64,000 nt of DNA from an uncultured Gemmatimonadales bacterium (lineage in GTDB: Bacteria > Gemmatimonadota > Gemmatimonadetes > Gemmatimonadales > Gemmatimonadaceae), in NCBI GenBank assembly GCA_963707505.1, contig CAVPQB010000004.1, positions 1,120,001 through 1,184,000 of the forward strand, in the 5' to 3' direction. A program made the translations under genes and the position numbers. Shown one piece after another: positions 43,213 to 52,718 of this stretch; the stretch's first letter is position 1; each line of letters begins with the position of its first letter. Under the pieces are notes generated by a model. The model was not told the DNA's origin. It saw nothing but the letters and a program-made list of their open reading frames with translations, and made no database searches.

Positions 43213-45437
43213 TACTGAGCCCCTCGCCGGACTGAACACGGCCCAGCGAGAGGCGGTACTGCATTTCGAAGGACCGATGCTCGTCCTTGCCGGAGCTGGC
43301 TCCGGAAAGACACGCGTACTCACCACTCGCATCGCGCGGCTCGTCGAGCATCATGGGGTTGATCCGTCGCGGATCCTCGCCGTGACGTTCACGAACAAGG
43401 CTGCGGGCGAGATGCGCGAGCGAATTGCCCGCCTGCTCGGTTATGAGCCCAAGGGGATGTGGTGTGGAACGTTTCACGCCATCGGTGCACGTCTGTTGCG
43501 ATCCCACGCGGCGGCCGTTGGTCGCGCTTCGAACTTCACGATCTACGATGAGGACGACAACATCGCCGTCATCAAGCGCGTGATGGAAGGTGCGGGAGTC
43601 TCGACGAAGGCGTGGTCGGCAAAAGTTGTAGCGTCGCTGATTTCGGATGCAAAGAACGCGCTCGTCACACCGGAGGAGTACGCGTCGCTCGCACTGGATC
43701 CCGTGTCGCGCAACGCGTCGGTCGTGTACCGCAATCTCGACGCGGCACTGCGGCACGCAAACGCGGTGACATTCGACGATCTGCTCGACACTGCCCGTGG
43801 AGCTGCTGTCGCGCGACGAATCCCTCCGGCGCCGGCTCAGCGAGCGGTTTCAGTTCATTCTGGTCGACGAGTATCAGGACACGAACCGCGCGCAGTATCA
43901 GTTCATCAAGTTGTTGGCCGGAGAGCACTCCAATGTCGTCGTGGTCGGCGATGATGATCAGTCGATTTACGGGTGGCGCGGCGCGGACATCCGGAACATC
44001 CTCGACTTCGAGCGCGAGTTTCCTGACGCGCGCGTGGTTCGCCTGGAGGAGAATTATCGCTCTACGCCCAATATTCTCGAGGTCGCCAACGCCGCCATCA
44101 GCGCGAATATTGGACGGAAGGGCAAGACCTTACGGGCGACGCGGGCCGCGGGTGAGCGCGCGACGGTCACGGCCACGCTCGACGATCGCGACGAAGCAGA
44201 CTGGGTAGTCGAAGAAATCATGTCGCGTATGTCGTCGGAAAATCGGACCGCGCGCGATTTTGCCGTTCTCTACCGCACCAATGCCCAGAGCCGCACTCTG
44301 GAAGATTCGCTGCGTAACCATGCGCTGCCGTACCGACTTGTCGGTGCGGTCCGGTTCTACGATCGGCGCGAGATCCGTGATCTCATGGCGTATCTCAAGC
44401 TCATCGCCAACCCATCCGATAACGAAGCATTCCGGCGTGCGGTTGCGGTGCCCAAGCGCGGCCTTGGTGACACTACGGTCGAAATGCTGGCCGGCATAGC
44501 GCAGGGAGCGGGCGTATCGATGCTCCAGGCTGCGGCTGATCCTGACCTGTTGACCGCGTTACGCCCCGCTGCGCGTTCAGGGCTCGCTGCATTCGCGGAG
44601 CTGATCGGTCGCTTTCGTGACATGGCGCGCGAGACGAGTGTGGACGAGCTGCTGCGCGACCTTGTCGAGGCTTTACGCTTTGGCGATTATCTGCGTGCGG
44701 ACAGCCCGGAACAGGCGCGCGACCGCATCGAGAACGTAACGGCGCTCATCGATGGCGCGGCCGAGACGGTGATCGATGAAGGCGGCGAGGTCGGACTCAC
44801 ACCGCTCGATCACTTTTTGCAGCGGGCGATGCTCGTCGCCGGCACGGACCAACTGGATCCATCTGCAGAGGCCGTGACGTTGATGACAATGCACAACGCC
44901 AAGGGTCTGGAATATCCTGTCGTGTTCATCACCGGAATGGAAGACGGCCTGTTTCCCACGTCACAGGCGTTCGATGATCCGGCGAAGCTGGAAGAGGAGC
45001 GACGCCTTTTCTACGTCGGCATAACGCGCGCGGAAGAGAAGCTGTATCTCACGCACTCCGAGAGCCGGCGGCGAAACGGCGAGATCGTCGGCGCGATTCC
45101 GTCCCGGTTTCTTCGTGATATTCCCAATGGAATGCTGGAGGAGCGTGGCACGATACGGGCGAAGACCAGCGGCCGGCACTCGTGGGCGGATTCGGTACGA
45201 CGCAAGACGCACGAAGTGCCGCAGTGGCGGCAGGCGAAACGCGACTGGGAAGCGGAGTCACAGGATGAGCCCGCGTACACGCGGGGCGAGCGCGTTCGTC
45301 ACGCGATCTTCGGCACGGGGACGATCGCCGAGATTGGCGGCAATGGCCGCGATGTTAAGGCGACGATCACGTTCGACGATGAGGGAGTTGGACTGAAGAC
45401 CATCAAGCTGGCGTACACCAAGCTCGAGAGAGAGTAA
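43196..45437 (+). CDS. uvrD: UvrD/PcrA family DNA helicase; +1 break near 43787
   Basis: AGAGSGKT, VTFTNKAA, DEYQD, GDDDQSIY, NYRS, YRTNAQSR, HNAKGLE, EERRLFYV. Confidence 0.93.
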
Positions 45438-45441
45438 GACA

Positions 45442-45777
45442 ATGGCGGTAACAGAAACCGACATCCGCAAGATCGCCGATCTCGCCCGACTGTCGCTGGC
45501 CGATGAGGAAGTTCCGGCCATGACGGCGCAGCTGAATAGCATTCTCGCGCATATGGATGTTCTAACGCGCGTGGACACGACAAAAGACAGCGACGCCGGA
45601 ACGGGCGCAATCACATCCGCTATCGGTCTGGCCACTGACGTGAAAAGTGCGGGCGCTCCTCTACGGGGAGATGCTGTAGCGCCGTTCCCGATGAATACCA
45701 CGGCCCCGATGCTGGCGCCGGATTCGGAGGATGGTTTCATCCTCGTTCCACGTCTTTCGACGCACGAGGACATGTAG
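45442..45777 (+). CDS. gatC: Asp/Glu-tRNA amidotransferase subunit C
   Basis: IADLARL, LNSIL, AP..EDGFILVP; precedes gatAB. Confidence 0.9.
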   Translation: MAVTETDIRKIADLARLSLADEEVPAMTAQLNSILAHMDVLTRVDTTKDSDAGTGAITSAIGLATDVKSAGAPLRGDAVAPFPMNTTAPMLAPDSEDGFILVPRLSTHEDM

Positions 45778-47189
45778 TGCGAAACATCATCGACATGACA
45801 AACGAAGCGGCGTTGCGCGCAGCCGACGCGCGATTTGGACGCGACGGACTCAACATCGTCGTGGCGACGAACCATGAGTCGTCGCTCGCGAACGCGGAAC
45901 GTGTCGCGCTCGCGTACGGGCGCGGCGACGCGATGTCGCTGCCGGGGATGGCAATAGCGGTCAAGGATAATATCGCGACCCTCGACATGCCGACGACCTG
46001 TGGATCGCGAATTCTGTCCGGATATCTGAGTCCATATGAGGCGACTGCGATCACCAGGCTTCGCGCGAACGGCGCCGTCGTCGTGGCGAAGACCAACATG
46101 GACGAGTTTGCCATGGGATCTTCCACCGAAACCAGCGCGTACGGCCCAACGCGCAACCCGGTCGATCCCGCGCGGAGCCCCGGCGGATCGTCCGGCGGTT
46201 CGGCAGCAGCTGTCGCCGCCGGAATTACCGAGATTGCACTTGGCTCCGAGACAGGCGGAAGCGTGAGACAGCCAGCCGCGTTCTGCGGTGTCGTCGGTGT
46301 GAAGCCGACGTATGGCCGTATCAGTCGCTTCGGTCTCGTCGCATTCGGGTCGTCGCTGGATCAGATTGGCGTATTCGCTCGTTCGGTACGCAACGCGGCG
46401 ATCGCGACCTATGCCATGGCGGGTGGCGATCTCAATGACTCGACCAGCGCCGACGTACCTGTCCCGACAATGCCGGAACCGGTCGAGGCATTTCGCGGCC
46501 GCACGCTGGACGGCGTCACGATTGGCATTCCAACGGAATACTTCCCGCCCTCGCTCGATTCCGATGTTCGCGCACGCTGTGATGTCGCGGTCGAGGTACT
46601 CCGCGGACTCGGCGCGAAGATCGTCGACGTGTCGCTACCGCATACGGAGCTCGCCATCCCCGTTTACTACATAATCGCGCCGGCGGAGGCATCGTCCAAT
46701 CTCGCGCGTTTCGACGGTGTGCGTTATGGTCCGCGCGCTGGCGATGTCACGGATCTGCGTGAGATGTACGAATCGACCCGCAGCCGCGGATTCGGCGCTG
46801 AGGTAAAGCGTCGCATCCTGATCGGCACGTATGTCCTGTCGCACGGATACTACGATGCGTATTACAAAAAAGCGCAGAGCGTTCGCGCACTGATCACCCG
46901 CGACTTCGACGCGGTATTCGGCTCGGGTGTGGATGCTCTCTTCACACCGACCACGCCAACACCCGCATTCAGGATCGGCGCCGTGACCGACCCGTACGAG
47001 ATGTACATGAGTGACATCTTCACCGTCACCGCAAATCTTGCGGGGATACCCGCCATCTCACTACCGATTGGTCGAGTTGGCGGACTGCCAATCGGCGGCC
47101 AGATCATGGCGCGTCACTTCGACGAGCCGCGCATGTTCCACGTGGCTGCGGCGCTCGAGGCGGCGCTCGGCGGAGACGCGCACGCATGA
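45777..47189 (+). CDS. gatA: Asp/Glu-tRNA amidotransferase subunit A
   Basis: KTNMDEFAMGSS, PGGSSGGS, GSETGGSVRQPA, SNLARFDG. Confidence 0.96.
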   Translation: MRNIIDMTNEAALRAADARFGRDGLNIVVATNHESSLANAERVALAYGRGDAMSLPGMAIAVKDNIATLDMPTTCGSRILSGYLSPYEATAITRLRANGAVVVAKTNMDEFAMGSSTETSAYGPTRNPVDPARSPGGSSGGSAAAVAAGITEIALGSETGGSVRQPAAFCGVVGVKPTYGRISRFGLVAFGSSLDQIGVFARSVRNAAIATYAMAGGDLNDSTSADVPVPTMPEPVEAFRGRTLDGVTIGIPTEYFPPSLDSDVRARCDVAVEVLRGLGAKIVDVSLPHTELAIPVYYIIAPAEASSNLARFDGVRYGPRAGDVTDLREMYESTRSRGFGAEVKRRILIGTYVLSHGYYDAYYKKAQSVRALITRDFDAVFGSGVDALFTPTTPTPAFRIGAVTDPYEMYMSDIFTVTANLAGIPAISLPIGRVGGLPIGGQIMARHFDEPRMFHVAAALEAALGGDAHA

Positions 47190-48634
47190 CGGACTGGAGC
47201 GAAAAGTACGAGATGGTCGTCGGACTCGAGGTCCACGTGCAGCTCAAGACACGATCCAAGATGTTTTGCGGCTGTTCGGCGGATTTTGGTGCGCCGCCGA
47301 ACGTCAACACGTGTCCCGTGTGTCTTGCACTGCCGGGAGCCCTCCCCGGGATCAACGCGGAGGCGGTGCGGCTGGCGTTGCGTGCGGCTATTGCACTGGA
47401 CTTTACGATCAATCTGAAGTCGGTGTTCGCGCGGAAGAACTATTTCTACCCTGATCTGCCGAAAGGCTATCAGATATCGCAATACGATCAGCCGATTGCC
47501 GTGGGGGGAACGCTGAGTGTCAGAACACCCGGGGAAACGGCAACGCACGACATCGCGATCACGCGCCTCCACATGGAAGAGGATGCCGGCAAGTCCGTGC
47601 ACGATCGCTACCCGCGCAAGACGGCGATCGACCTGAACCGAGCCGGAGTTCCGCTTATCGAGATCGTGAGTGAACCCGACCTGCGTTCCGCGGCGGAAGC
47701 CGGTGCGTACTTGCGCACGCTCAAGCAGATCCTCGAATATGCGGAGGTGAGCGACGTGAGCATGGAAGAGGGCAGTCTTCGCGTCGATGCGAACGTGAGC
47801 GCACGACTACACGGCGCAACCGAGCTGGGGACGAAGACTGAGGTAAAGAACGTCAACTCATTCTCCGCCGTCGAGCGATCGCTTCAGAGTGAGTTCGAAC
47901 GGCAGTGCGCGATGCTTGATCGCGGCGAGGTCGTGCGCCAGGAGACTATGATCTGGGATGCCTCGCGCGGAACGGTTCGTCCGGCAAGGTCCAAGGAAGA
48001 GAGTCACGACTACCGCTACTTTCCGGATCCCGATCTACCTCCGTTGATTCTGGACCCCGATTACGTGGCACGACTTCGTCACACGCTTCCGGAGATGCCA
48101 CAACAACTGCGCGAGCGGTTCAGCAGCGCGTTCGGTCTCAACGAAGCGGAGCTGGACGCAGTGACGGCGGAGCCTCGTCTTGCTGCGTACTTCGAGGGTG
48201 TTGCACGCGCACACGGCGATGCGAAAGCCGCCGCAAAGTGGATGATGGGCGAGCTTGCCGCGGCACTCAATGAAACTGGAACCGGCATCCGTGATTTTCC
48301 CGTGCGCGCGCCACAGCTCGCTGAACTGCTGGACATGGTACGCGATGGGAAGCTGAGCCACACGGCCGCGAAGGCCGTATTTGCGACCATGCGCAGCAGC
48401 GGAAAGTCAGCGCCTGTAGTTGCTGCGGAGATGAGCGTAACACAGGTCGGTGACGATTCCCAGATCGAGCAGTGGATCCAGGAAGTGTTCGCCGAATTGC
48501 CGAGCGAGACGTCACGATTCCGCGCGGGAGAGAAGAAGTTGACCGGTGTGTTGGTCGGCGCCGTGATGAAGAAGTCGAAGGGTCGCGCAGATCCCAGGAA
48601 GGTAAATGCGTTGTTGGGCAGGCTCGCGGGGTAG
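47186..48634 (+). CDS. gatB: Asp/Glu-tRNA amidotransferase subunit B
   Basis: GLEVHVQL, RKNYFYPDLPK, MEEDAGKS, DYRYFPDPDL. Confidence 0.97.
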   Translation: MTDWSEKYEMVVGLEVHVQLKTRSKMFCGCSADFGAPPNVNTCPVCLALPGALPGINAEAVRLALRAAIALDFTINLKSVFARKNYFYPDLPKGYQISQYDQPIAVGGTLSVRTPGETATHDIAITRLHMEEDAGKSVHDRYPRKTAIDLNRAGVPLIEIVSEPDLRSAAEAGAYLRTLKQILEYAEVSDVSMEEGSLRVDANVSARLHGATELGTKTEVKNVNSFSAVERSLQSEFERQCAMLDRGEVVRQETMIWDASRGTVRPARSKEESHDYRYFPDPDLPPLILDPDYVARLRHTLPEMPQQLRERFSSAFGLNEAELDAVTAEPRLAAYFEGVARAHGDAKAAAKWMMGELAAALNETGTGIRDFPVRAPQLAELLDMVRDGKLSHTAAKAVFATMRSSGKSAPVVAAEMSVTQVGDDSQIEQWIQEVFAELPSETSRFRAGEKKLTGVLVGAVMKKSKGRADPRKVNALLGRLAG

Positions 48635-48654
48635 ACGCGCTCCTCGACCCTCAG

Positions 48655-49557
48655 TCACTCGATCGGATAGATCGGCGCGCCAAGCTTCTTGTGATAAGTC
48701 AGCTCACTCTCCGGCAGTCCAAACTTGCGGTCCGCTTCATCGCGGATCATGAGTTCACCACCACCGCGCCGTAGCGCCGCGCGGCGCACCTGCTTCGCCT
48801 CTCTGAGCGCGACGTCGCCTGACGGATCCAGCGCGTACGGCGCAGACTCGTTCATTCTGTTGAAGAGATCAAGTATGAAGTCGTACGACCGCGTCATGTA
48901 GGCGCCCACTTCATCGTTTGCCAGATCCCAGCGGCTCTTCTCGGAGATCAACTGAAATGCGCGTTGCCACGAATCCGTATCCGTGACGTATACCATCCCG
49001 CGGAAGATTCTGCGGTTGGTGTGAGTGCTGAATATCGTTGGACTGAGAATCCGGTCGAGATGGAAGTCCGCGCGCGAGTGATCCAGCAGGATAAGCTCCC
49101 GTGCCCGGTGCGGTGAATCACCGCCGAGGTGGCTTTCGAATCGGCTTTCCCAGTAACTGTGGCCGATCGATGAAGTCGTCGACGTTACCGTGAGCTGCTT
49201 CGGCACGAAATAGTTGTGCGCTACCGAGTCTGCCGCGAGATGCGCCAGATATCCCAGCGCGAATGCGCGCATTCGGCCGTCGGTGGCGAGATCGTGGATT
49301 TCATAGCCGACCTTCCACGAGTGGCAGTGCCGCCCCGCTTCGGCGTACTTCTTGGCGATGCTCGTGTCAGCCGCGATCGAGCCATACAGGAAGTCGTACG
49401 GAAATGCCTCCAGCAACTCTGCGATCGTGCCAGGAAGCATCGACAGTGAGCGCAGCACGGCATCACCCAGAAACACGTGCGTGCCTGGAGTCCAGGCGTG
49501 CGCGGTTCTGGGTGTGAGCAGGAGCAGCAGCACCGCCAGTGCCGCTGCTCCCGAAAT
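48655..49557 (-). CDS. Zinc-dependent phospholipase C / P1-nuclease fold protein; start uncertain (GTG at 49533)
   Basis: AHA|WTPGTH mature N-terminus, GSIAAD, HCH, GYLAHLAADSVAH, HSYWE. Confidence 0.75.
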   Translation of the reverse strand: MSGAAALAVLLLLLTPRTAHAWTPGTHVFLGDAVLRSLSMLPGTIAELLEAFPYDFLYGSIAADTSIAKKYAEAGRHCHSWKVGYEIHDLATDGRMRAFALGYLAHLAADSVAHNYFVPKQLTVTSTTSSIGHSYWESRFESHLGGDSPHRARELILLDHSRADFHLDRILSPTIFSTHTNRRIFRGMVYVTDTDSWQRAFQLISEKSRWDLANDEVGAYMTRSYDFILDLFNRMNESAPYALDPSGDVALREAKQVRRAALRRGGGELMIRDEADRKFGLPESELTYHKKLGAPIYPIE

Positions 49558-49558
49558 A

Positions 49559-50023
49559 CTAAACGCCGAGCCGGCGGCGCCGGCGGCGAATCGATTTGCG
49601 GAGATCCTGCAATTCCCCCGAGACAGTGTCCTCGACCGCCGCCTTCGCCGCGTCGAAATAATCCCGCAACTGTTCGCCGACACCGTCCAGCGATATGTCC
49701 TCAGCCATTTCCATTCCGCGATCGTAACCGCGTCTTGCACCGCGCGCAGCCTTGCGCGCCATGCCAGCACCTGCGACTCCGGCGAGCGACGCGAGCTCTG
49801 CTCCGCGCCCAGCCAGACCCATCCCTCGTCTCACCGATGCGCGGCTCGGCCTTCCCGCGCGGAACAACAGGGTAACACCGACCCCGACGGTCAGTCCGAT
49901 CAGTGCAGCAGTGAGGAGATCGAGATCTTCCTCATGCGAGACCTCCGCGCCTCCGCGACGTGGTCCGCGGCCGGATCGGGGCGTCCGTGCCGGCGTTGCC
50001 GGCCGAGCTTCCGTGTCTGTCAT
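49559..50023 (-). CDS. YtxH-like small membrane protein
   Basis: AALIGLTVGVGVTLLF TM followed by helical region; poly-Arg C-terminus. Confidence 0.55.
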   Translation of the reverse strand: MTDTEARPATPARTPRSGRGPRRGGAEVSHEEDLDLLTAALIGLTVGVGVTLLFRAGRPSRASVRRGMGLAGRGAELASLAGVAGAGMARKAARGARRGYDRGMEMAEDISLDGVGEQLRDYFDAAKAAVEDTVSGELQDLRKSIRRRRRRLGV

Positions 50024-50552
50024 CGCCATCCTCGAATTCCTCCGTGTTGTCGAAAACCTGCGCCAGTCCGGTCCGGACACCGTGTACCGTCGATGCGGTG
50101 CTCACGAATGCGGATTCGGCCTCGTCCTGTACGACTTCGATCAGCGCGTTGAACTCGTCGAGCCTCGCCTCGGCTTCCTTCACCGCCTTCAGCAGCCGCG
50201 CATTCGCCGCGGCTACCGTCTGCTGGACCTGCCGCACGTCGCCCTTCACGAGGGCGACGATCTCTCTCGCATCTTCGGTAACGATGCTCGCGCTCCTCAC
50301 GAGCGGCGCGACATCACCGTAAACGCGATCCAGCAGATCGTTCACCTTCTTGTACGTCTTCCTGAAGTTCCACGCTGCCGGAACCAATCCAACCGCGAGC
50401 ACCAACAAGGCGATCGTGGTGAGGCCGCTCGCGACCGAGGTGATCTTCTCGAACGTGCTGGTCACTGCCGGCACCTGCTTGGTGACGAGCGTGTCAGGAA
50501 GAACGTGCGCCACCTGAATCAGCAGCGCGGTTACGTGCGTCATGTCGTACAT
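49932..50552 (-). CDS. DUF948/YtxG-like membrane-anchored coiled-coil protein; start 50552 or 50543
   Basis: One TM then a long heptad-rich helix; paired with YtxH-like gene. Confidence 0.55.
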   Translation of the reverse strand: MYDMTHVTALLIQVAHVLPDTLVTKQVPAVTSTFEKITSVASGLTTIALLVLAVGLVPAAWNFRKTYKKVNDLLDRVYGDVAPLVRSASIVTEDAREIVALVKGDVRQVQQTVAAANARLLKAVKEAEARLDEFNALIEVVQDEAESAFVSTASTVHGVRTGLAQVFDNTEEFEDGDDRHGSSAGNAGTDAPIRPRTTSRRRGGLA

Positions 50553-50564
50553 AGGCACTGATGG

Positions 50565-50581
50565 TGCAAGGGAAGGGCCAG
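50565..50581 (-). promoter_or_regulatory. Putative sigma54 (-24/-12) promoter for the DUF948-like operon
   Basis: Minus strand CTGGCCCTTCCCTTGCA (GG-N10-GC). Confidence 0.4.
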
Positions 50582-50653
50582 TTCTGGTTACCCTGTAAAT
50601 TGCCACGCGGACGGCCAATCTGGACGTCCCGGCCCTATATTGTCGCCAATACC

Positions 50654-51955
50654 ATGACCGCTGTCCAATACATCGTAGAGGGCGGGCACCGGCTCTCCGG
50701 CAGCATCCGCCCGTCTGGCAACAAGAACGCCGCACTTCCGATCGTGGCCGCCGCGCTCCTCTCGAGCAAGCCGGTACGCCTCACGAACGTACCCCGAATC
50801 CGGGATCTCGAAACGCTGGTCGAGCTGTTACGCTCGGTCGGCGCGTCGGCCGACTGGACCGAGCGAAACACGCTCGAGATCTCCGCGCCGGATCTCCGTC
50901 CCGAGCGGCTCGACCCGGCGCTCTGCGTCCGCATACGTGCGTCGATCCTGCTCGCCGCACCGCTGCTGGCGCGCTGCGGAACGGCGACGCTGCCCGCACC
51001 GGGCGGCGATGTGATCGGCCGTCGCCGTCTCGACACACACTTCCTCGCGATGTCACAGCTCGGTGTCACCGTAACTGGCGAGGACGGCTATCACATGACC
51101 GTCGACCGCATCATCGGCGCGGACGTCTTTCTGGATGAGCCGAGTGTCACCGGCACCGAGAACGCGCTGATTCTCGCTGCGGCCGCGGAAGGAACCACTG
51201 TCCTCCGGAACGCGGCGAGCGAGCCGCACGTTCAGGATCTTGCACACTTCCTCGTCGCACTCGGCTCGCGCATCGAAGGAATCGGCACTAACACGATCAC
51301 CGTGTACGGCGACAGAACGCTCGGCGAGACGCCCACTACACATGAGATCGGTCCCGATCATATCGAGGTAGGTTCGTTCATCGGACTTGCAGCCGTTACG
51401 CATTCCGAGATCCGGATTGTCGACGCCGGTGTCGAGCATCTGCGCTCGACGCTCATGGGATTCGAGCGGCTCGGGATTCGCTGCCGCATCGAAGGTCGCG
51501 ACCTCATCGTTCCAGCGGATCAGGAGCTTGTGATCCACAAGGATTTCGGCGGACACATTCCCAAGCTCGAAGATCAACCGTGGCCCGCGTTTCCCGCAGA
51601 CACGATGTCGATCGCGATAGTTGCAGCGACGCAGTGCGATGGCGTGATACTGATCCACGAGAAAATGTTCGAGTCACGTCTGTTTTTCGTCGACAGGTTG
51701 ATAGGGATGGGCGCCAACATCGTGTTGTGCGATCCCCATCGTTGCATAGTGAGCGGACCGAGCGCTCTGCGTGGCTCGACGATGGAGTCGCCGGATATCC
51801 GCGCCGGGATGGCGATGCTGCTGGCTGCGCTGTGTGCACGCGGGCAGAGCACGATCAACAACGTCACGCAGATAGAGCGCGGTTACGAGCGGATCGATGA
51901 GCGACTGAACGCGCTCGGCGCACGCGTCACGCGCGTCGCCGACCGACGGCAGTAG
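50654..51955 (+). CDS. murA: UDP-N-acetylglucosamine 1-carboxyvinyltransferase (Asp at the catalytic Cys position)
   Basis: GNKNAALP, RASILL, PGGDVIG, SVTGTEN, DIRAG, IERGYE. Confidence 0.96.
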   Translation: MTAVQYIVEGGHRLSGSIRPSGNKNAALPIVAAALLSSKPVRLTNVPRIRDLETLVELLRSVGASADWTERNTLEISAPDLRPERLDPALCVRIRASILLAAPLLARCGTATLPAPGGDVIGRRRLDTHFLAMSQLGVTVTGEDGYHMTVDRIIGADVFLDEPSVTGTENALILAAAAEGTTVLRNAASEPHVQDLAHFLVALGSRIEGIGTNTITVYGDRTLGETPTTHEIGPDHIEVGSFIGLAAVTHSEIRIVDAGVEHLRSTLMGFERLGIRCRIEGRDLIVPADQELVIHKDFGGHIPKLEDQPWPAFPADTMSIAIVAATQCDGVILIHEKMFESRLFFVDRLIGMGANIVLCDPHRCIVSGPSALRGSTMESPDIRAGMAMLLAALCARGQSTINNVTQIERGYERIDERLNALGARVTRVADRRQ

Positions 51956-51963
51956 AGAAGGCC

Positions 51964-52659
51964 GTGCAACCTGAAATGATCGAGGAAGTAGCGGAGTTTA
52001 CCGAGCTCGGCATCCTCGCCTTCACCACGACTCGCGCCGCGGGCACGTTCGGATTGTCCGGAACCGATCCGGTTGGTGAAGTGATGGGTCGCTGGACGGC
52101 ATTGCTGACCGACATTGGCGCCCGCGGAATCTGCGTCGCGCCGCAGGTGCACGGCGACACGGTTCTGGCGCACGCCAATCCATGGGATGGATTTCTGAGA
52201 ACGCGCCCCGCCGACGGCCATGCAACCCAGGAGCGGGGCCTCGCGCTGGCGGTGACGATCGCCGACTGTGCGCCCGTTTTCCTTGCCCATCCTTCCGGCG
52301 CGGTCGCGATAGTTCATTCAGGATGGCGGGGCACTGAAGCGCGCATCATCCATCAGGCGGTCCGGGTACTCGGGCGCGCTGGTCTCGCCCCCGACGAGCT
52401 GCGTGCCCACATCGGGCCGGCAATTTGCGGTCGCTGCTATGAGGTATCCGCGGATGTGAGGGCTCGGCTGACCGGTGAGGCATCCAACCGGCCCGGCAAT
52501 GTGGACATCAGGTCGCTCATCGCGGAACAGGCGGCCGAGGCGGGGATTGGCCGGGTTTCCGTGTCCTCTTCGTGCACCAGATGCGACAACGAATCGTTCT
52601 TCTCGCACCGGGCCGGCGACGCCGGTCGTCAGATCGCGGTTATAGTTGCGAAACAGTAG
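51964..52659 (+). CDS. pgeF: YfiH/PgeF family protein (purine nucleoside phosphorylase, laccase-like)
   Basis: QVHG, ADG, IADCAPV, HSGWRG, GPAICGRCYEV, FFSHR. Confidence 0.88.
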   Translation: MQPEMIEEVAEFTELGILAFTTTRAAGTFGLSGTDPVGEVMGRWTALLTDIGARGICVAPQVHGDTVLAHANPWDGFLRTRPADGHATQERGLALAVTIADCAPVFLAHPSGAVAIVHSGWRGTEARIIHQAVRVLGRAGLAPDELRAHIGPAICGRCYEVSADVRARLTGEASNRPGNVDIRSLIAEQAAEAGIGRVSVSSSCTRCDNESFFSHRAGDAGRQIAVIVAKQ

Positions 52660-52674
52660 TTTCTGAAATATATT
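52646..52674 (+). promoter_or_regulatory. Sigma70-type promoter for rpsA
   Basis: TTGCGA-N17-TATATT, 44 nt upstream of the rpsA ATG. Confidence 0.6.
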
Positions 52675-52718
52675 TCCAGGTTCCCGTAGAACCGCAGGAC
52701 CACCCTTTTACCTAGCAA

